Shown: one piece after another, positions 29,226 through 39,519 of the stretch
How the letters are laid out: every line of letters starts with the position of its first letter
Numbering within the stretch: position 1 is the stretch's first letter
DNA from: Patescibacteria group bacterium
Lineage (GTDB): Bacteria > Patescibacteriota > Minisyncoccia > Phycocordibacterales > CAIRYW01
Direction of reading: 5' to 3'
NCBI GenBank assembly: GCA_040389185.1
Contig: JAZKAJ010000011.1
Coordinates: 1,033-65,032 of the forward strand
DNA length: 64,000 nt
Translations under genes and position numbers: made by a program
The notes under the pieces: model-generated
The model's database searches: none
What the model saw: only the letters and a program-made list of their open reading frames with translations
Told to the model about the DNA's origin: nothing

Positions 29226-29449
29226 TACAATTAAAAAAAACGTACCGGTTCGTACGTTTTTTTTAATTGTATCCCTTCGAAAAAGTGCTGAACGCACTTT
29301 TGTAGAGGAATCGAACGCCGGAATATATTTTTCGGAGTTGAGAAAAATACGAGGTGGTGACCAGACAAATTCTGCAGGTAGCAGAATTTAGTCGAGGTCG
29401 ATACTCCTCTAGTAGAGGAATCGGGGTACTGAACCTGTAAGAATCGATA
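29226..29449 (-). repeat. tRNA tail element B (Arg-GCG-specific, module 2 plus a module 1 remnant)
   Basis: Spacer hairpin; TCCCTTCGA[hairpin]AGAGGAATCGAAC antisense to tRNA; module 2; TCCTCT direct repeat; CTTACAGGTTCAGTAC remnant on minus strand. Confidence 0.85.
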
Positions 29450-29479
29450 TTTCATTTTTATTTTTGCTATAATATCTAG

Positions 29480-30040
29480 ATGAACGCTAATGCATTGGAA
29501 CAAGAACCAAAATTCACCATTGAAACACCTAAGGAAGGTGATGAGACAGAGATTGGGAAAATGCATTTACAATCATGGCACGAATCATATACTGATCCAA
29601 AAAGAGGGGTAACAAAAGAAGTGATTGATGAATTTAGAAGTGATACCACGACTGAGAATGGTGACGAGAGAAGAAGAGGTTTTTTCAGAGAAGCGGCAGA
29701 ACATCCAGACAAGATTCTTTACAAAATAGTTAGAAATAGTAAGGGGGAGATTGTGGGCTTTCTTCATTGTACCAAAGGAGAAGAGTTTAATGACCTCGAT
29801 GCAATTTATCTTTTGAATGAAGCAAAAGGGGAAGGTGTTGGAGGAAAACTGATGGAAGAGTTCCTAGCTTGGTCTGACAAGAAAAAACCTTCACATCTTG
29901 AAGTCTTTTCTGCGAATGAAACGGCATTGGGTTTTTATGAAAGATATGGCTTCGCGAAAACTGACAAAGCTCCGAAATTGTATAAAGACAGACTTGAGTA
30001 TATTGAAATGATGCGCCCGGCAGAAGAACAGCAAGATTGA
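29480..30040 (+). CDS. GNAT N-acetyltransferase
   Basis: AIYL...KGEGVGGKL, N..ALGFYERYGF. Confidence 0.88.
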   Translation: MNANALEQEPKFTIETPKEGDETEIGKMHLQSWHESYTDPKRGVTKEVIDEFRSDTTTENGDERRRGFFREAAEHPDKILYKIVRNSKGEIVGFLHCTKGEEFNDLDAIYLLNEAKGEGVGGKLMEEFLAWSDKKKPSHLEVFSANETALGFYERYGFAKTDKAPKLYKDRLEYIEMMRPAEEQQD

Positions 30041-30052
30041 ATATAATAGTGT

Positions 30053-30643
30053 ATGTCTAAACACCTCATTCTCGCCTCAAAATCAGCTGGTAGAAAACTT
30101 ATTTTGGAAAAACTCGGTATTCCATTTGAGGTAATTGTCAGTAACTTCGAAGAAGATATGTCGCTTCCTCTGTCAGCACCAGAACTTGCTTTGTATTTAT
30201 CAAAAGGTAAAGCCGGGACTCTTGTGGAAAAATATCCAGAAGCAATCATTATAGCCGCAGACACCTTTCTTGTTTTTGAAGATAAATTCTTGGGCAAACC
30301 AAAAGATGAGAGTGACGCAAAAGTAATGCTTAAAAAACTTTCAGGTCGTACACATATTGTTGTCACAGGTATGACCGTTCGACAAGGGAAGAAGGAAATC
30401 TCTGAAGTGGTAAATATAGAGGTGACTATGAAAAATTTTGATGAACAAAAAATTAATGAATATGTCGCATCTGGTGAGCCTCTTGATAAGGCTGGATCAT
30501 ATGCCATTCAAGGCAAAGGTGCAGAACTCGTAGAGAAAATAAACGGAGATGTAGACAGTGTTGTAGGTTTGCCACTAAATAGGCTTGTAGAAATTCTAGA
30601 AGATGAATTTGGAGTTCAAGCTAAAACCCCAAAAACTCCATAA
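30053..30643 (+). CDS. maf: Maf nucleotide pyrophosphatase
   Basis: LILASKS..R, AADT, GKP, DKAGSYAIQG, VVGLP. Confidence 0.93.
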   Translation: MSKHLILASKSAGRKLILEKLGIPFEVIVSNFEEDMSLPLSAPELALYLSKGKAGTLVEKYPEAIIIAADTFLVFEDKFLGKPKDESDAKVMLKKLSGRTHIVVTGMTVRQGKKEISEVVNIEVTMKNFDEQKINEYVASGEPLDKAGSYAIQGKGAELVEKINGDVDSVVGLPLNRLVEILEDEFGVQAKTPKTP

Positions 30644-31088
30644 ACCGGATAGAAAGAGGCTCATCCATTTTTTCTTCTGGAACGTAGTCAAGGAGAAAAT
30701 CTCTAACAGTTTCAGCATCAACATAATCTGTTTCAATTGTAATAACGAGGATTGGATTTAGTAATCTTCCGGTTCGAAGCAGGAGTTTTGGGACATGATA
30801 CTTGCTCTCAAGTACAAAGAAGGCTTTGAAATTTATATGAGGGTAGAGTCTGTCATTGATGAGTAATCCGTCTTTGTTTAGTTCGTAGTCAAGGAGCTGT
30901 GGAGGTTTCTTGGCGAGAGAAAGACTGGTGAGTCCTGCGAGAAGAATGAATATTGCAAAAATGGTGTTGTCGTACATATACGCAATAACAGCGACAGAAA
31001 CAACAATAATTGAAACAGCCCAAAACCAGTCGGCCGTTTTTTCTTTGTATTCAAATTCAAATCCTGTCCATCGAATGCGTTCGTTCAT
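30621..31088 (-). CDS. Conserved CPR-type membrane protein
   Basis: W...EF.Y.EK..DWFW, 2 TM, PH-like C-terminal domain. Confidence 0.65.
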   Translation of the reverse strand: MNERIRWTGFEFEYKEKTADWFWAVSIIVVSVAVIAYMYDNTIFAIFILLAGLTSLSLAKKPPQLLDYELNKDGLLINDRLYPHINFKAFFVLESKYHVPKLLLRTGRLLNPILVITIETDYVDAETVRDFLLDYVPEEKMDEPLSIRFMEFLGF

Positions 31089-31185
31089 GATAATATTTTA
31101 TCACAACTAGATTTTTTGTGTAAAACAAAAAGAACGAGTGTTGATCACGCTCGTTCTTTTCGACATAATTTTTTGAGCAATACTA

Positions 31186-31542
31186 TTACTTTTCTTGATT
31201 ATTCAATTTCACTGCAGCTTCAGGAGTAGAAACTGTTTTACCCATAAGAAACAATTTGATGATACTTGTTGCAACAACGAGGTATACGAACATTGCGAGA
31301 ATAGTGGTCCATTCAAACGTGCTTCCGGCTACATAAGTGATACTGAACACATTCAAAAATGGAGCGGCAAAAATGTAGGTAATTCCATAAATAAAGCTTG
31401 AGAATCCCGCCGCAGGATTTGCGCCGAGGAGTTTCAAAACAAAACGAAATGCTAAGAGTATTTCTACAAGACCTAGAATATACCAAACTATTTGTGTGCC
31501 TCTGTATAAAGGCTTAGTGGTAGGTGAGTTAAATGAGTCCAT
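31186..31542 (-). CDS. YggT family membrane protein
   Basis: RFVLKLLGANP...IYGIT..F.APF. Confidence 0.8.
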   Translation of the reverse strand: MDSFNSPTTKPLYRGTQIVWYILGLVEILLAFRFVLKLLGANPAAGFSSFIYGITYIFAAPFLNVFSITYVAGSTFEWTTILAMFVYLVVATSIIKLFLMGKTVSTPEAAVKLNNQEK

Positions 31543-31610
31543 AAAATTTTTGTGAGTTATTAAATTAATACCTTCATATATGAAGACGACCTACAGTCCT
31601 GTCTATTACA

Positions 31611-32006
31611 TTATTTATTTAACGTTTCTTTCACTTTTTCTACCAGGTCCCCAATAGCCCAATCGGATTTTACGAGATACTCTACATTAGCATCACTGAA
31701 AATGGTTTTGTTCCTGTGTTCGTCATCTGCACCGAGATTTGTGAGGAGAATGACAGGGACATCCTCGCCCCATTTGTTTGCAGCGCGAATTCTTTTGAGC
31801 ATTTCCATTCCGTTCAATTTTGGCATGACCATATCCAAAAGAATAATGTCAGGAGTTTTTTTGAGTGCTATTGCAAGGCCTACTTCTCCATCTTTTGCAT
31901 CTATGATAGAAAATCCCTCTCGCTTAAATTTCATACAAAGTGCGTTTCGAAGTGACACCTCGTCTTCAACTATGAGTAATAATTTTTTTGTGTGAGAGGT
32001 CGGCAT
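31611..32006 (-). CDS. Single-domain response regulator
   Basis: IVEDE, PDIILLDMVMP, LTN, YLVK. Confidence 0.9.
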   Translation of the reverse strand: MPTSHTKKLLLIVEDEVSLRNALCMKFKREGFSIIDAKDGEVGLAIALKKTPDIILLDMVMPKLNGMEMLKRIRAANKWGEDVPVILLTNLGADDEHRNKTIFSDANVEYLVKSDWAIGDLVEKVKETLNK

Positions 32007-32007
32007 T

Positions 32008-32463
32008 TTATTTTTTAGGCTCGAGACACAGATTTATCTCTTTGATTATATTTTCAAGTTTGTGCTCAGCTTTTATGTAGTAGTGATTTACGCCAAGTTT
32101 TGCATATGTTTTTACGAGATCACTGTTTGAGGTATTTGAAACCACAAAGATAGGAATTTTACTCCACTTGCCATCATTGGCTTTGAATTTAGTTACAAAA
32201 TCAAGTCCATCTTCTTTGCCCAAAAGATTATGGTCGAGCCATATTGCATCGACTCGTTCTAGGTTTTCAATATGTTTTAGGGCTTCAATAATACTGTCTT
32301 TTGTCACAGTACCTTTACCATCCTCTTCAAGAGGGGACCCGAAAGCTCGGATTACACTTCGTGATGTAATTACATCGAAATTGTTTTTTTCAAGTTTCAT
32401 TTTGACTGCCTCGAGTAATGGCTTTTCGTCTTCGATCACTAAAATTGTTTTTTTATTTTTCAT
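32008..32463 (-). CDS. Single-domain response regulator with internal insertion
   Basis: VIEDE, IWLDHNL, VSN, YYIK. Confidence 0.8.
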   Translation of the reverse strand: MKNKKTILVIEDEKPLLEAVKMKLEKNNFDVITSRSVIRAFGSPLEEDGKGTVTKDSIIEALKHIENLERVDAIWLDHNLLGKEDGLDFVTKFKANDGKWSKIPIFVVSNTSNSDLVKTYAKLGVNHYYIKAEHKLENIIKEINLCLEPKK

Positions 32464-32476
32464 ATACTATTTTAAA

Positions 32477-33781
32477 TTAAAAATTAACTGGTAATTCGAC
32501 ATTAAATGTTGTGCCCTTATCTTCGACTGATTCAAACCACACCTTTCCTTTGGAATTATCTATGATTGATTTGACCATATAGAGTCCTAGTCCTGTGCCC
32601 TCGGTATCTTTTTCTCTTACATTATCTGCCCGGAAAAGTTTGGTGAATATTTTGCTTTGCTGGTTTTTTGGAATCCCATATCCTGTGTCGGTAATTTTGA
32701 AAAGCAGTGTTTTCTTTTTGTTCACAAGATTGAGTGAGAGTTCGATCTTGCCTTTATTTGGCGTATATTTAATTGCATTCGATAAAAGATTTTGGATGAC
32801 CATTCGAAGAAGCTTCGGATCAGTTTGAATGAGTGGTATATTGGTTCCAAATAGGGGAAAGAGTGAGATCTTCTTTTGATCGATCTGTGGCTTCTGCTCG
32901 TTCACTACTCCTCGGACGAGTGCAGTAACATCTGTTGGTTCTGGCTCAAGGACAAATGTCCCCAGATCCATTCGAGAAACACTAAGGAGCGCATTCACGA
33001 GACCTACCATTCTTTGGTTGCCACGATATACTTCATCCAAATATTTTTCCTGATCGCTATTTAATTTGCCGACATCTCCAGCAAGAAGCATTTCGGTGTA
33101 CCAATTAATCGTTGAGAGGGGTGTGCGAAGTTGATGCGAGGCAAGTGAGACGAATTCTGTTTTTGCTTTGTCTATTTCTTTTTCTTTTGTAATATCTCGG
33201 AATGTTTCAACAACTCCAATGATCTCTCCATCGAGAATGATCGGTGTTACAATACTGCTTGTAGGGAAGCGACTGCCGTCTTTGCGGATATAATAAAATG
33301 GATTTGTAAGGTCAGCTATGACTATTTCGCCTGATAGAACCTTGGTCAAAATTCGTTCGTTGAACTCTACTATCTCACCTTTTTCTGATTCTCTCGGGAT
33401 CACTTCAATAATACTTTTTCCTAATACTTCTTCTTCATTCCATCCCACCATTCTCTCAAAGGCCTGGTTTACATAGGTTATTTTGCCTTCCTTATCTACT
33501 ACAACAAGTCCATCTCCAATACTCTCAAGTATTGCATCACTGATCGCTTTGGTATGAAGAATGTTTTGTTCACTTAATTCCAGCTCGATCGTTTTTTGTT
33601 CAAGGTGAGCATTATTTATTTCCAAATCTTCAAGCACGTTTAAAATCGCTCTTCTGGATAGTCTGATATCCTCGTCATCTATTTTGTTGTCACCTAGTAC
33701 ATCTAAAATTGCTGCCTGATGGTCTTCAAGTTCTTTTTTGTATAGCAGTTCTTTGTTGCTCTGTACTCGATTATGAGGCAT
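32477..33781 (-). CDS. PAS sensor histidine kinase
   Basis: PAS; SHQLRTP H-box; NLLSNAIKY; DTGYGI; GTGLGL. Confidence 0.95.
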   Translation of the reverse strand: MPHNRVQSNKELLYKKELEDHQAAILDVLGDNKIDDEDIRLSRRAILNVLEDLEINNAHLEQKTIELELSEQNILHTKAISDAILESIGDGLVVVDKEGKITYVNQAFERMVGWNEEEVLGKSIIEVIPRESEKGEIVEFNERILTKVLSGEIVIADLTNPFYYIRKDGSRFPTSSIVTPIILDGEIIGVVETFRDITKEKEIDKAKTEFVSLASHQLRTPLSTINWYTEMLLAGDVGKLNSDQEKYLDEVYRGNQRMVGLVNALLSVSRMDLGTFVLEPEPTDVTALVRGVVNEQKPQIDQKKISLFPLFGTNIPLIQTDPKLLRMVIQNLLSNAIKYTPNKGKIELSLNLVNKKKTLLFKITDTGYGIPKNQQSKIFTKLFRADNVREKDTEGTGLGLYMVKSIIDNSKGKVWFESVEDKGTTFNVELPVNF

Positions 33782-33786
33782 GTCTT

Positions 33787-34365
33787 TTATTTTTTCGTTG
33801 ACAAAACTTCCAATTCCTTTTTGAGCTCAATCATTTTGAGTTCTCTACCAACCATAGCTTTGTTAAGTAACTGAAGATCGTGCACTCTATCCTCGATCTC
33901 TTTTGTTCTTTCAAGTACTTTTAGTTCAAGTCCTGTTGTGTATTCGGCAAGTTTCTGCTCGAGTTGTTTTCTTTCAGTAATGTCTTCCATTGCAAGCACG
34001 ATCATATGGGCAGTATCAATATCAATCTGTCTTGCGTTGAGGAGTATGGTTTTTTCACCTATGTTTTGGAACGTGTGCTTTACTTCATAATCTTTGACTA
34101 CTTTTTTGAGGGGGAGTATTTCTTCAAGAAGACTTTTGAGGATTGGAATATTCCACTGACCGTTTCCAAGTTCGTAGAGGAATACGTTTTCAGTTTGTTC
34201 GGGTGTCACTTCAAAATTTTGATAAAATGTTGGGTTTGCTGAAACGACTCGAAGATTAGAATCGAGAATGAGAAATGATTCACGGGCTACTTCAACCAGT
34301 GTTTTCATATAGTGGAGAGCAAGCTCTTGAGATTCTTTGGATTTATTTTTTTTGTTTTGATGCAT
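33787..34365 (-). CDS. Stand-alone PAS domain protein with coiled coil
   Basis: LILDSNLRVVSANPTFY, GNGQWNIP, EDITERK. Confidence 0.85.
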   Translation of the reverse strand: MHQNKKNKSKESQELALHYMKTLVEVARESFLILDSNLRVVSANPTFYQNFEVTPEQTENVFLYELGNGQWNIPILKSLLEEILPLKKVVKDYEVKHTFQNIGEKTILLNARQIDIDTAHMIVLAMEDITERKQLEQKLAEYTTGLELKVLERTKEIEDRVHDLQLLNKAMVGRELKMIELKKELEVLSTKK

Positions 34366-34632
34366 TGTTTTGATTGGTTTAAGAGGTAACTAACGATAAA
34401 GCCGTTTGAAACGCTCGTATATTACAGGAGCCAAAGTAATTGACTTACTTTAGGGTTATCTATAATAGCCGTGGAAGTTTCAAACCATTACAAGACTTTA
34501 TGCTACGCAATGAAAGCTATTATTTGTATAGTGTGTTAAGCTTGTTCCTCAGGTATTTCATTCTCTTCCCGGACTACAACATTTATGTATTTGCTGTAAT
34601 AACACGCCGCATAGAACGGCTCTACTTATATA

Positions 34633-35160
34633 ATGACTACAAAACAAGAGGCAGAGCAGGAAGCTCAGATGACTCTTGCTCATGCTGATTTTGATAAGAT
34701 GCTCAATTCTTATGCCTTTTTCAAGGTGAATAATCGGGAGATAGGACAGGATCTTGTACAGGATACGTTCATGAAAACCTGGAACTATCTTTTAAAGGGT
34801 GGAAAAATCGATACAATGAAATCTTTTCTCTACCACGTCTTGAATAATCTGATCGTTGATGAATATCGAAAAAGAAAGAACAAAAGTTCTTCGCTTGATG
34901 TCTTGCTTGATGCAGGTTTTGAACCAGGAATTGATGAATCAGATCGACTCATTAATATTTTTGATGGCAAATCAGCAATACTTCTCATACAGAATCTGCC
35001 TATGGCATATCAGGCTGTGATGACAATGCGGTATGAAAAAGACCTTTCGCTTAAAGAAATATCGATCATTACAGGCAAGTCTGAAAATTCAATTGCTGTG
35101 CAGGTACATAGAGGACTAGGAAAGTTGAAAATCTTATACAATAGTCACGTAAAGCTGTAA
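34633..35160 (+). CDS. ECF RNA polymerase sigma factor
   Basis: DLVQDTFMKTW, NLIVDEYR, LSLKEIS...HRGL.KL. Confidence 0.9.
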   Translation: MTTKQEAEQEAQMTLAHADFDKMLNSYAFFKVNNREIGQDLVQDTFMKTWNYLLKGGKIDTMKSFLYHVLNNLIVDEYRKRKNKSSSLDVLLDAGFEPGIDESDRLINIFDGKSAILLIQNLPMAYQAVMTMRYEKDLSLKEISIITGKSENSIAVQVHRGLGKLKILYNSHVKL

Positions 35161-35212
35161 TCCAGGATTTTTACTTTGCTGCATACGTACAGTGATTTGA
35201 TATAATTATCTT

Positions 35213-35878
35213 ATGGATTATCCTTTTATTTCAAAACAAAAAATATATTTTTTGGTATTAGTGATTCTATTTGTTGTCACGCTTGCATCAATCTCCCTTT
35301 TTAAAAATAGGGGAGTGAAAGTCTCATCCGATAATACTAAATCAGTTTCTGACAATGTTGCTGTCAAAGATGAATCGGCCTCATTTGTGATGCCGATCTC
35401 GGATGCTAGCTCACGCATCACCAAAAAACATTTTGGCACTTATGTGACCCCAAAGAATTCTCCCGTATCTCCTGAAGTATTTACTGGTTTCCATACAGCG
35501 GTTGACTTCGAAACATTTCCAAGTGAAAAAGATATTGATGTGCCTATATATGTGATCTGTTCGGGGAAGATTTTAGTGAAGCGAGTTGCAAATGGATATG
35601 GTGGAATGGTAGTGCAAAGTTGTGCGCTTCAGGGTAGTCCGATTACGGTTGTCTATGGACATCTTCGGCTCGCAGATATGAAAGCAATCGTTGGAGATAC
35701 TCTCAAGTCAGGAGAATTCCTTACGAATCTCGGAACTGGATATAGTACTGAAACAGCGGGAGAAAGAAAACACTTACACTTAGGAATCCACAAAGGTGCG
35801 ACTCCTGATACGAGGGGATATATCGCAAACAAAAGTGATCTTCAAAATTGGATAGATTTTGAGCCGTACGTAAAATAA
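35213..35878 (+). CDS. M23 family metallopeptidase
   Basis: HTAVD, VYGHL, HLHLGI motifs; N-terminal TM. Confidence 0.88.
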   Translation: MDYPFISKQKIYFLVLVILFVVTLASISLFKNRGVKVSSDNTKSVSDNVAVKDESASFVMPISDASSRITKKHFGTYVTPKNSPVSPEVFTGFHTAVDFETFPSEKDIDVPIYVICSGKILVKRVANGYGGMVVQSCALQGSPITVVYGHLRLADMKAIVGDTLKSGEFLTNLGTGYSTETAGERKHLHLGIHKGATPDTRGYIANKSDLQNWIDFEPYVK

Positions 35879-35949
35879 AGTATAAACAAATAAAAAACAA
35901 AAGGACCGCGAGGCCCTTTTGTTTTTCTGATGTAAAACGGTCGAATGTC

Positions 35950-36192
35950 TTACACGCTATCTACATGTTCTCCTACTATAGCGTAGTCTGATTGATCGTT
36001 CATGATGAGTACTCCACTGTGCTCATCAATATTTGGAGCAGTCAGCATTGCAGAATATGCATCATTAGCTACTGTTGTCTTTACGAAACCTGACTGATCA
36101 ACATAGGCGAACGTAGCTGCGAAGGATGCTGCTGGGAGAGCAAATACCGCTGCTGCTATTACGACTAACTGAAGATTTGTTATTTTTGTCAT
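35950..36192 (-). CDS. Small secreted protein
   Basis: Signal peptide ending ASFA. Confidence 0.65.
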   Translation of the reverse strand: MTKITNLQLVVIAAAVFALPAASFAATFAYVDQSGFVKTTVANDAYSAMLTAPNIDEHSGVLIMNDQSDYAIVGEHVDSV

Positions 36193-36324
36193 ATATTTAT
36201 TTTAAGTAATTGTTTATTATCTACAGCAAACCATCGATTCGCTTGCTGTCCTTTCGCTTATGATGACGCGTTGACTCCTGATTCATTACAAGGTCAAATA
36301 TTTGGTATAATTACTCATAACAGC

Positions 36325-36993
36325 ATGAATACTGAAATCAAAATTGAACCTTCCTGGAAACGCTATTTAAGCGATGAATTTGTTAAGTCGTATTTTGAAG
36401 AACTCCGAAAGTTTGTAAAGTCAGAGTATCTCAAAAATAAGGTTTTCCCAGAACCTAAGAATATATTTAGGGCATTCGATCTCTGCCCATTCGACAAAGT
36501 AAAAGTAGTAATCATTGGCCAAGATCCGTATCATGGAGTAGGGCAAGCCAACGGTCTTTCCTTTGCAGTAGGAGAGAATGCGGCGATACCGCCATCTCTT
36601 AAAAACATTTTCAAAGAGATTGAAAGTGATCTTGGTATAAAGCCTTTCCAAAATGGAGATCTGACGAGATGGGCAAAACAAGGAGTGCTCCTTTTAAATG
36701 CGACTCTTACGGTCCGAGCGGAAAGTCCAGGATCACATCAAAATCAAGGATGGGAAGAATTCACTGATGCTGTGATCAAAGCGCTTTCAGAACATCGGAC
36801 AGGGCTTGTGTTTATTCTCTGGGGTAACTACGCAAAGAAAAAAGGCGCACATATAGATCGGACAAAACATTTTGTATTAGAGTCTGCACACCCTTCACCA
36901 TTTTCTGTGACGAAATTTCTCGGATGCCGACATTTCAGCCGAACAAATGAGTATTTGAAAGGAGAGGGGAAGAGTGAGATTGATTGGAAATAA
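36325..36993 (+). CDS. ung: Uracil-DNA glycosylase
   Basis: GQDPYH, GVLLLN, HPSP. Confidence 0.97.
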   Translation: MNTEIKIEPSWKRYLSDEFVKSYFEELRKFVKSEYLKNKVFPEPKNIFRAFDLCPFDKVKVVIIGQDPYHGVGQANGLSFAVGENAAIPPSLKNIFKEIESDLGIKPFQNGDLTRWAKQGVLLLNATLTVRAESPGSHQNQGWEEFTDAVIKALSEHRTGLVFILWGNYAKKKGAHIDRTKHFVLESAHPSPFSVTKFLGCRHFSRTNEYLKGEGKSEIDWK

Positions 36994-37030
36994 AATGAAA
37001 ATAAAAAATACGCGCTTGGGTACAAGCGCG

Positions 37031-37177
37031 TTAGGATTCCCAGTCAGCCTCTTTGAGTGCTTCTCTTGCTCCGTTCGTGAGATTGGAGCCAGATGGTCGT
37101 GGTTCTGGCTTTTGGGCAGGTGGATGGCAGTGTGGGCACGAGAAGTCTTTCCCGCATGTTGTACATTTCGTAGTCAT
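37031..37177 (-). CDS. Putative 48-aa zinc-finger microprotein
   Basis: Own translation MTTKCTTCGKDFSCPHCHPPAQ...; GGAG SD, upstream TTGACA, downstream hairpin. Confidence 0.55.
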   Translation of the reverse strand: MTTKCTTCGKDFSCPHCHPPAQKPEPRPSGSNLTNGAREALKEADWES

Positions 37178-37222
37178 AGGTGTGTATCTCCATGGATTAA
37201 AATACCACAGTTCAATATACTG

Positions 37223-38401
37223 TCAAATACTTAGGTTTTTCCGAAGCCTTGCTTTTAGTTGTTCTTGTATTTTAGGACTTTCTTTAAGTAGTTTTGATTT
37301 GAGTATATCTGCAAAGACTAGGAGTTCTAGAGGTATTTTTTCATCCATCGGCACATTACCTGTTACATAATCATACATCCAAATAGGGTACTGTTTCGTT
37401 TGTTGGATAAGTTCAGCCCTGCTTATTTTTCGTTCAGCATCTTCCAATCTCTCGTTCAACACTTCATCTGTTTCATTGAAAGCACTATCCCAGAATTTTG
37501 CGCGATATTGTTCATCTCGCACTTCTTGCATTCGCACCACCTCCTTTTTCCATTCATCATTTTCAAACATCTTCCGCATATGCGGAAGGATTTTGCCTTG
37601 GACTAATTTCCAATCTGCAGCCTCAAGAGTGTCCTTGTGTTTGGTTGCTACTGCTTGTCCTTTTTGGTCGGTGCCTGGGAGGAGATATATATCTTCTTGT
37701 TTGCTTATGCGCTCCAGCACTGCGATGTTTTCAAGAATTTCATGCACCACCGCTTGATTAAAATCAACAACCAATAGTATTCGAGATTGACCATCATTAT
37801 CTTTATTTGTTTCTATCCTCACTATTTCAAATCCGTCTTTTCGTTCGATGGTTAGACTTTCCATATCAAGAGGCGTTTCTGTTTGATAGCCAAGCAAATA
37901 ATTTTTGCCTTCGAATTCGACAGCGATATACGGATGATCGGGAGTGATTGCCATCCTGACTGCGAAACCTTCATCTTTGAGGTCTGTGCCGAGTGCAATT
38001 GCTTTACCTAAGCAATTGAGTGCTGAGCCACCTTCGGGATCTTCGGCGAGTCTGGGTGTAAATCCCCAGCCTTGATATGAGTCTATAGCATTTACGCGCG
38101 CTAAATTATTGATATCATCAAGTGTTTTGGTTTGTTCACCCGTGACTTTAATTCCTGCAGGATCGATGCCGAGCTTTTCAAATGTCTGACTAATTGAATC
38201 GTGCACACTTTTTATTTTACCTGCTTGTGTGACAGGGAGTTCAAGCATTTCTCTTTGAATTGTCTCAGATATTTGATCGACATTTGATTGTGTTAAATCA
38301 ATATTCGGATCATTAACAAAAACAAGTTCATTGGCAACTCTGTGCCATGCTTTCTGCTCTGCCTCGGTCAGATGTTCAAATGTTTGTACCTGTTGTTCCA
38401 T
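37223..38401 (-). CDS. Hypothetical protein, possible transglutaminase/papain-like fold
   Basis: LNCLGKA...PDHPY Cys/His spacing. Confidence 0.55.
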   Translation of the reverse strand: MEQQVQTFEHLTEAEQKAWHRVANELVFVNDPNIDLTQSNVDQISETIQREMLELPVTQAGKIKSVHDSISQTFEKLGIDPAGIKVTGEQTKTLDDINNLARVNAIDSYQGWGFTPRLAEDPEGGSALNCLGKAIALGTDLKDEGFAVRMAITPDHPYIAVEFEGKNYLLGYQTETPLDMESLTIERKDGFEIVRIETNKDNDGQSRILLVVDFNQAVVHEILENIAVLERISKQEDIYLLPGTDQKGQAVATKHKDTLEAADWKLVQGKILPHMRKMFENDEWKKEVVRMQEVRDEQYRAKFWDSAFNETDEVLNERLEDAERKISRAELIQQTKQYPIWMYDYVTGNVPMDEKIPLELLVFADILKSKLLKESPKIQEQLKARLRKNLSI

Positions 38402-38420
38402 ATTTTTGAGCAGTAATAGT

Positions 38421-38978
38421 TTACTTCCGCATATTCATATAATAGAGAATGAGTACAAATGAGAGAGTAGCAGAGGCAATCATAAAATAAATAAGAACCT
38501 CAAACCCAAAGAAAGTTGCAATAAGTCCACCAAAGATTGCGGCGATTCCACTTAGAATATCTTGGAGTGCTTCAAAGATTCCCCATTCATATGATTTAAT
38601 TTTTGCATCAGTGTGATCATCGAGCTCGGCATCAAACGCGGGATTAGCCGTCGCATTTCCAAGGGCAATGAGAACCTGCGCCATAAAAAGTGTAAACACA
38701 TCAGCGATAACGAGATACATCGCAATACCGAGAACCCAGATAAACCATCCCAAGACCATAAGAAGTTTTCGATGTTTTTGACTCCAGCTAGATCGGTGGA
38801 TGATCATTGTTGCGATTCCGCTTACGATAAGAAAAGTTGCGACTGCACCGGTAGCTTCAAGAATGTCTCCGCCAATTTTTTGCACAAAGATTGCATAAAT
38901 CGGTCCGATGATTCCTTCTGCGAATGTTGAGATTGCATAGGAGAGAACGAGGATTCGATAAAAACGATTTGGTGTCAT
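38421..38978 (-). CDS. Half-size MFS transporter
   Basis: 6 TM; PIYAIFVQKIGGDIL. Confidence 0.75.
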   Translation of the reverse strand: MTPNRFYRILVLSYAISTFAEGIIGPIYAIFVQKIGGDILEATGAVATFLIVSGIATMIIHRSSWSQKHRKLLMVLGWFIWVLGIAMYLVIADVFTLFMAQVLIALGNATANPAFDAELDDHTDAKIKSYEWGIFEALQDILSGIAAIFGGLIATFFGFEVLIYFMIASATLSFVLILYYMNMRK

Positions 38979-39118
38979 AAAGGTATTTTAACAAGTTTGA
39001 GAGATGTGTCGAGGTTCGTCGTTTAAGATGGGGTGGATTCGAGATAGCTTTTTGGGTGGGGAGGAGTATCATTAATTCAAAGCACATTGAGTTAGTCAAC
39101 AATCAACCACAAAATGAT

Positions 39119-39490
39119 ATGGCTCACTACGAAATTTCAATGCTGGAAGATGGACAAGCCCGCGTTCGTTGGTTTGAAAGTGATCTTTGCATCTCGATTC
39201 GAAAGGGTAGGTGTTTCAATACACCAGCGGGCGGTTTACTAAGTGCTCGTGCTTATAAGGATCTTCAATACCGAAAGCCGCTCCTTATGTATTTTTGGAG
39301 TCCTTTCGGATCATCTGTAGATGTGTTTGCCACGTACCTCATATCTACATCAAACATGTTGCCCAATGTTCTCGTTTTCAATGATGAGGAACTTTGTACA
39401 CTTTATTTAACAGATCCGAATCTTGTACACCCAGTGTTGATGCTCATGGAAAAGGATCAACCGTTGACCATGCTGAGACCCCCTGCGTGA
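39119..39490 (+). CDS. Hypothetical protein
   Basis: ORF followed by GC hairpin and T-run. Confidence 0.5.
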   Translation: MAHYEISMLEDGQARVRWFESDLCISIRKGRCFNTPAGGLLSARAYKDLQYRKPLLMYFWSPFGSSVDVFATYLISTSNMLPNVLVFNDEELCTLYLTDPNLVHPVLMLMEKDQPLTMLRPPA

Positions 39491-39519
39491 ATGCGGGGCG
39501 GTTTTTTATTTGATAAAAT

